From the NCBI RefSeq assembly GCF_963921235.1, contig NC_086097.1, positions 94,180,001-94,244,000 of the forward strand: DNA of 64,000 nucleotides, read 5' to 3'. The position numbers and the translations under genes are program-made. Origin of the DNA: Mobula hypostoma (lineage: Eukaryota). Below are positions 63,021 to 64,000 of the stretch, piece after piece. The number at the start of each line of letters is the position of its first letter. Position 1 is the stretch's first letter. The notes below the pieces were generated by a model. It was not told the origin of the DNA, did not search any database, and saw only the letters and a program-made list of their open reading frames with translations.

Positions 63021-64000
63021 GTAGACTCAGGTTAAAACCATCTAGCCGATTCGTTAAAACCCTCCAGCCGATTCATATCTAGATAACCCACTGCTGTCAG
63101 ATCTGTACTACAAATTCATACTTAATTTCAACCCATCTGAATGTGTGCTGCTGCTGCTGCTGTATTCTGTCCACCAGAGTCATGATTCAGGGATCCTCCA
63201 CTGGGCCAACATCACACATTGAGCGGACATAGTAAAGAGACGTCGTAGGGACTCAAGTACCAACGCAAATGTTTTGTAGCAGATCAGCTACGCTAATCAT
63301 TCATCAAATATTAAATATTAAAATGACATAAGTTTATGAACAGCATAGGCGAGAGTCAATTCACTTCTTAGAATGCTACTTGTGTGCTTTTGGTCTGTCA
63401 TTATATAAAAAAAGCACAAGCTTGCTCCTTTGGGTAGGAGGATCTTTTCGTTTAGTCTTTTTTTTTCATGTCTCTACGATGCTCAAGGGTGTTGGTATGC
63501 CTGGTGCTGCTTATCAGATGCAAACTCTGACCCAAAGTTTCTAATCTAAAAGATTGTTCAATAGAGTCAGCATTCTCTGATGGTTTGGAACAAAACAATT
63601 TTAGGTAAATAAGAATCACAAGAAACTACAGTGTGCCAAACTCAAAGTGGCTGAACTGTAAACCAGAAATGAGAAGTTGAATCCCACGAGAGCAGCAAGG
63701 GTAACAAAATAAATCTGTAATTAGAAAGCTTGTATCAATGATAGCAACCATTAAACCATTGCATTGTTGTAAAAACCCATCTCATTCACTCCTTTAGCTA
63801 AGGGAATCTGCTATCGCCATTGGCCTATTTGTGACGCTAGAATCTCTCAACTACCTCCACATGGGGCTGGATAACATATTTTGGAATTACCAGTGATATC
63901 CAATGGAATTTAAAATGGTCTATCTTTAAAGCTATGTGATTTCTCACTTTACTCTCCCATTTAACAGTGCATCAGTAATTCACTGCTAGCTTAGCTTGTT

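Noticed and set aside
60200..64000. Exons of a neighbouring gene
   Set aside because: No ORF with recognisable homology or convincing splice-bounded exon outside the Penelope remnant

Overview
Vertebrate genomic DNA. The repeat landscape (CR1, Rex1/Babar-like, V-SINE, Penelope) suggests a cartilaginous fish, probably a ray; this is inference. The only host gene visible is the 3' half of a TAM-family receptor tyrosine kinase, best matching TYRO3, on the + strand. It has 8 coding exons (6886-43798) with canonical AG/GT sites and consistent phases, an intact kinase domain and a C-terminal tail. Almost everything else is transposon-derived and often nested: many CR1 LINEs, a near full-length L1 with a 13-bp TSD, two RT-less Gypsy LTR elements, an internally deleted hAT, a Tc1 relic, SINEs, Penelope-like fragments and minisatellites. 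Three observations stand out. (1) One Gypsy element carries an intronless RBM25 RRM fragment in place of pol. (2) A CR1 LINE sits inside the splice acceptor of a kinase exon; its 3' microsatellite tail now supplies the branch point and pyrimidine tract, and a likely original tract is stranded 2.7 kb upstream. (3) The abundant Penelope terminal repeat encodes a minimal type I hammerhead ribozyme motif, present as several CpG-decayed copies. Boundaries of degraded repeats are approximate and family names come from motif recognition, not database searches.
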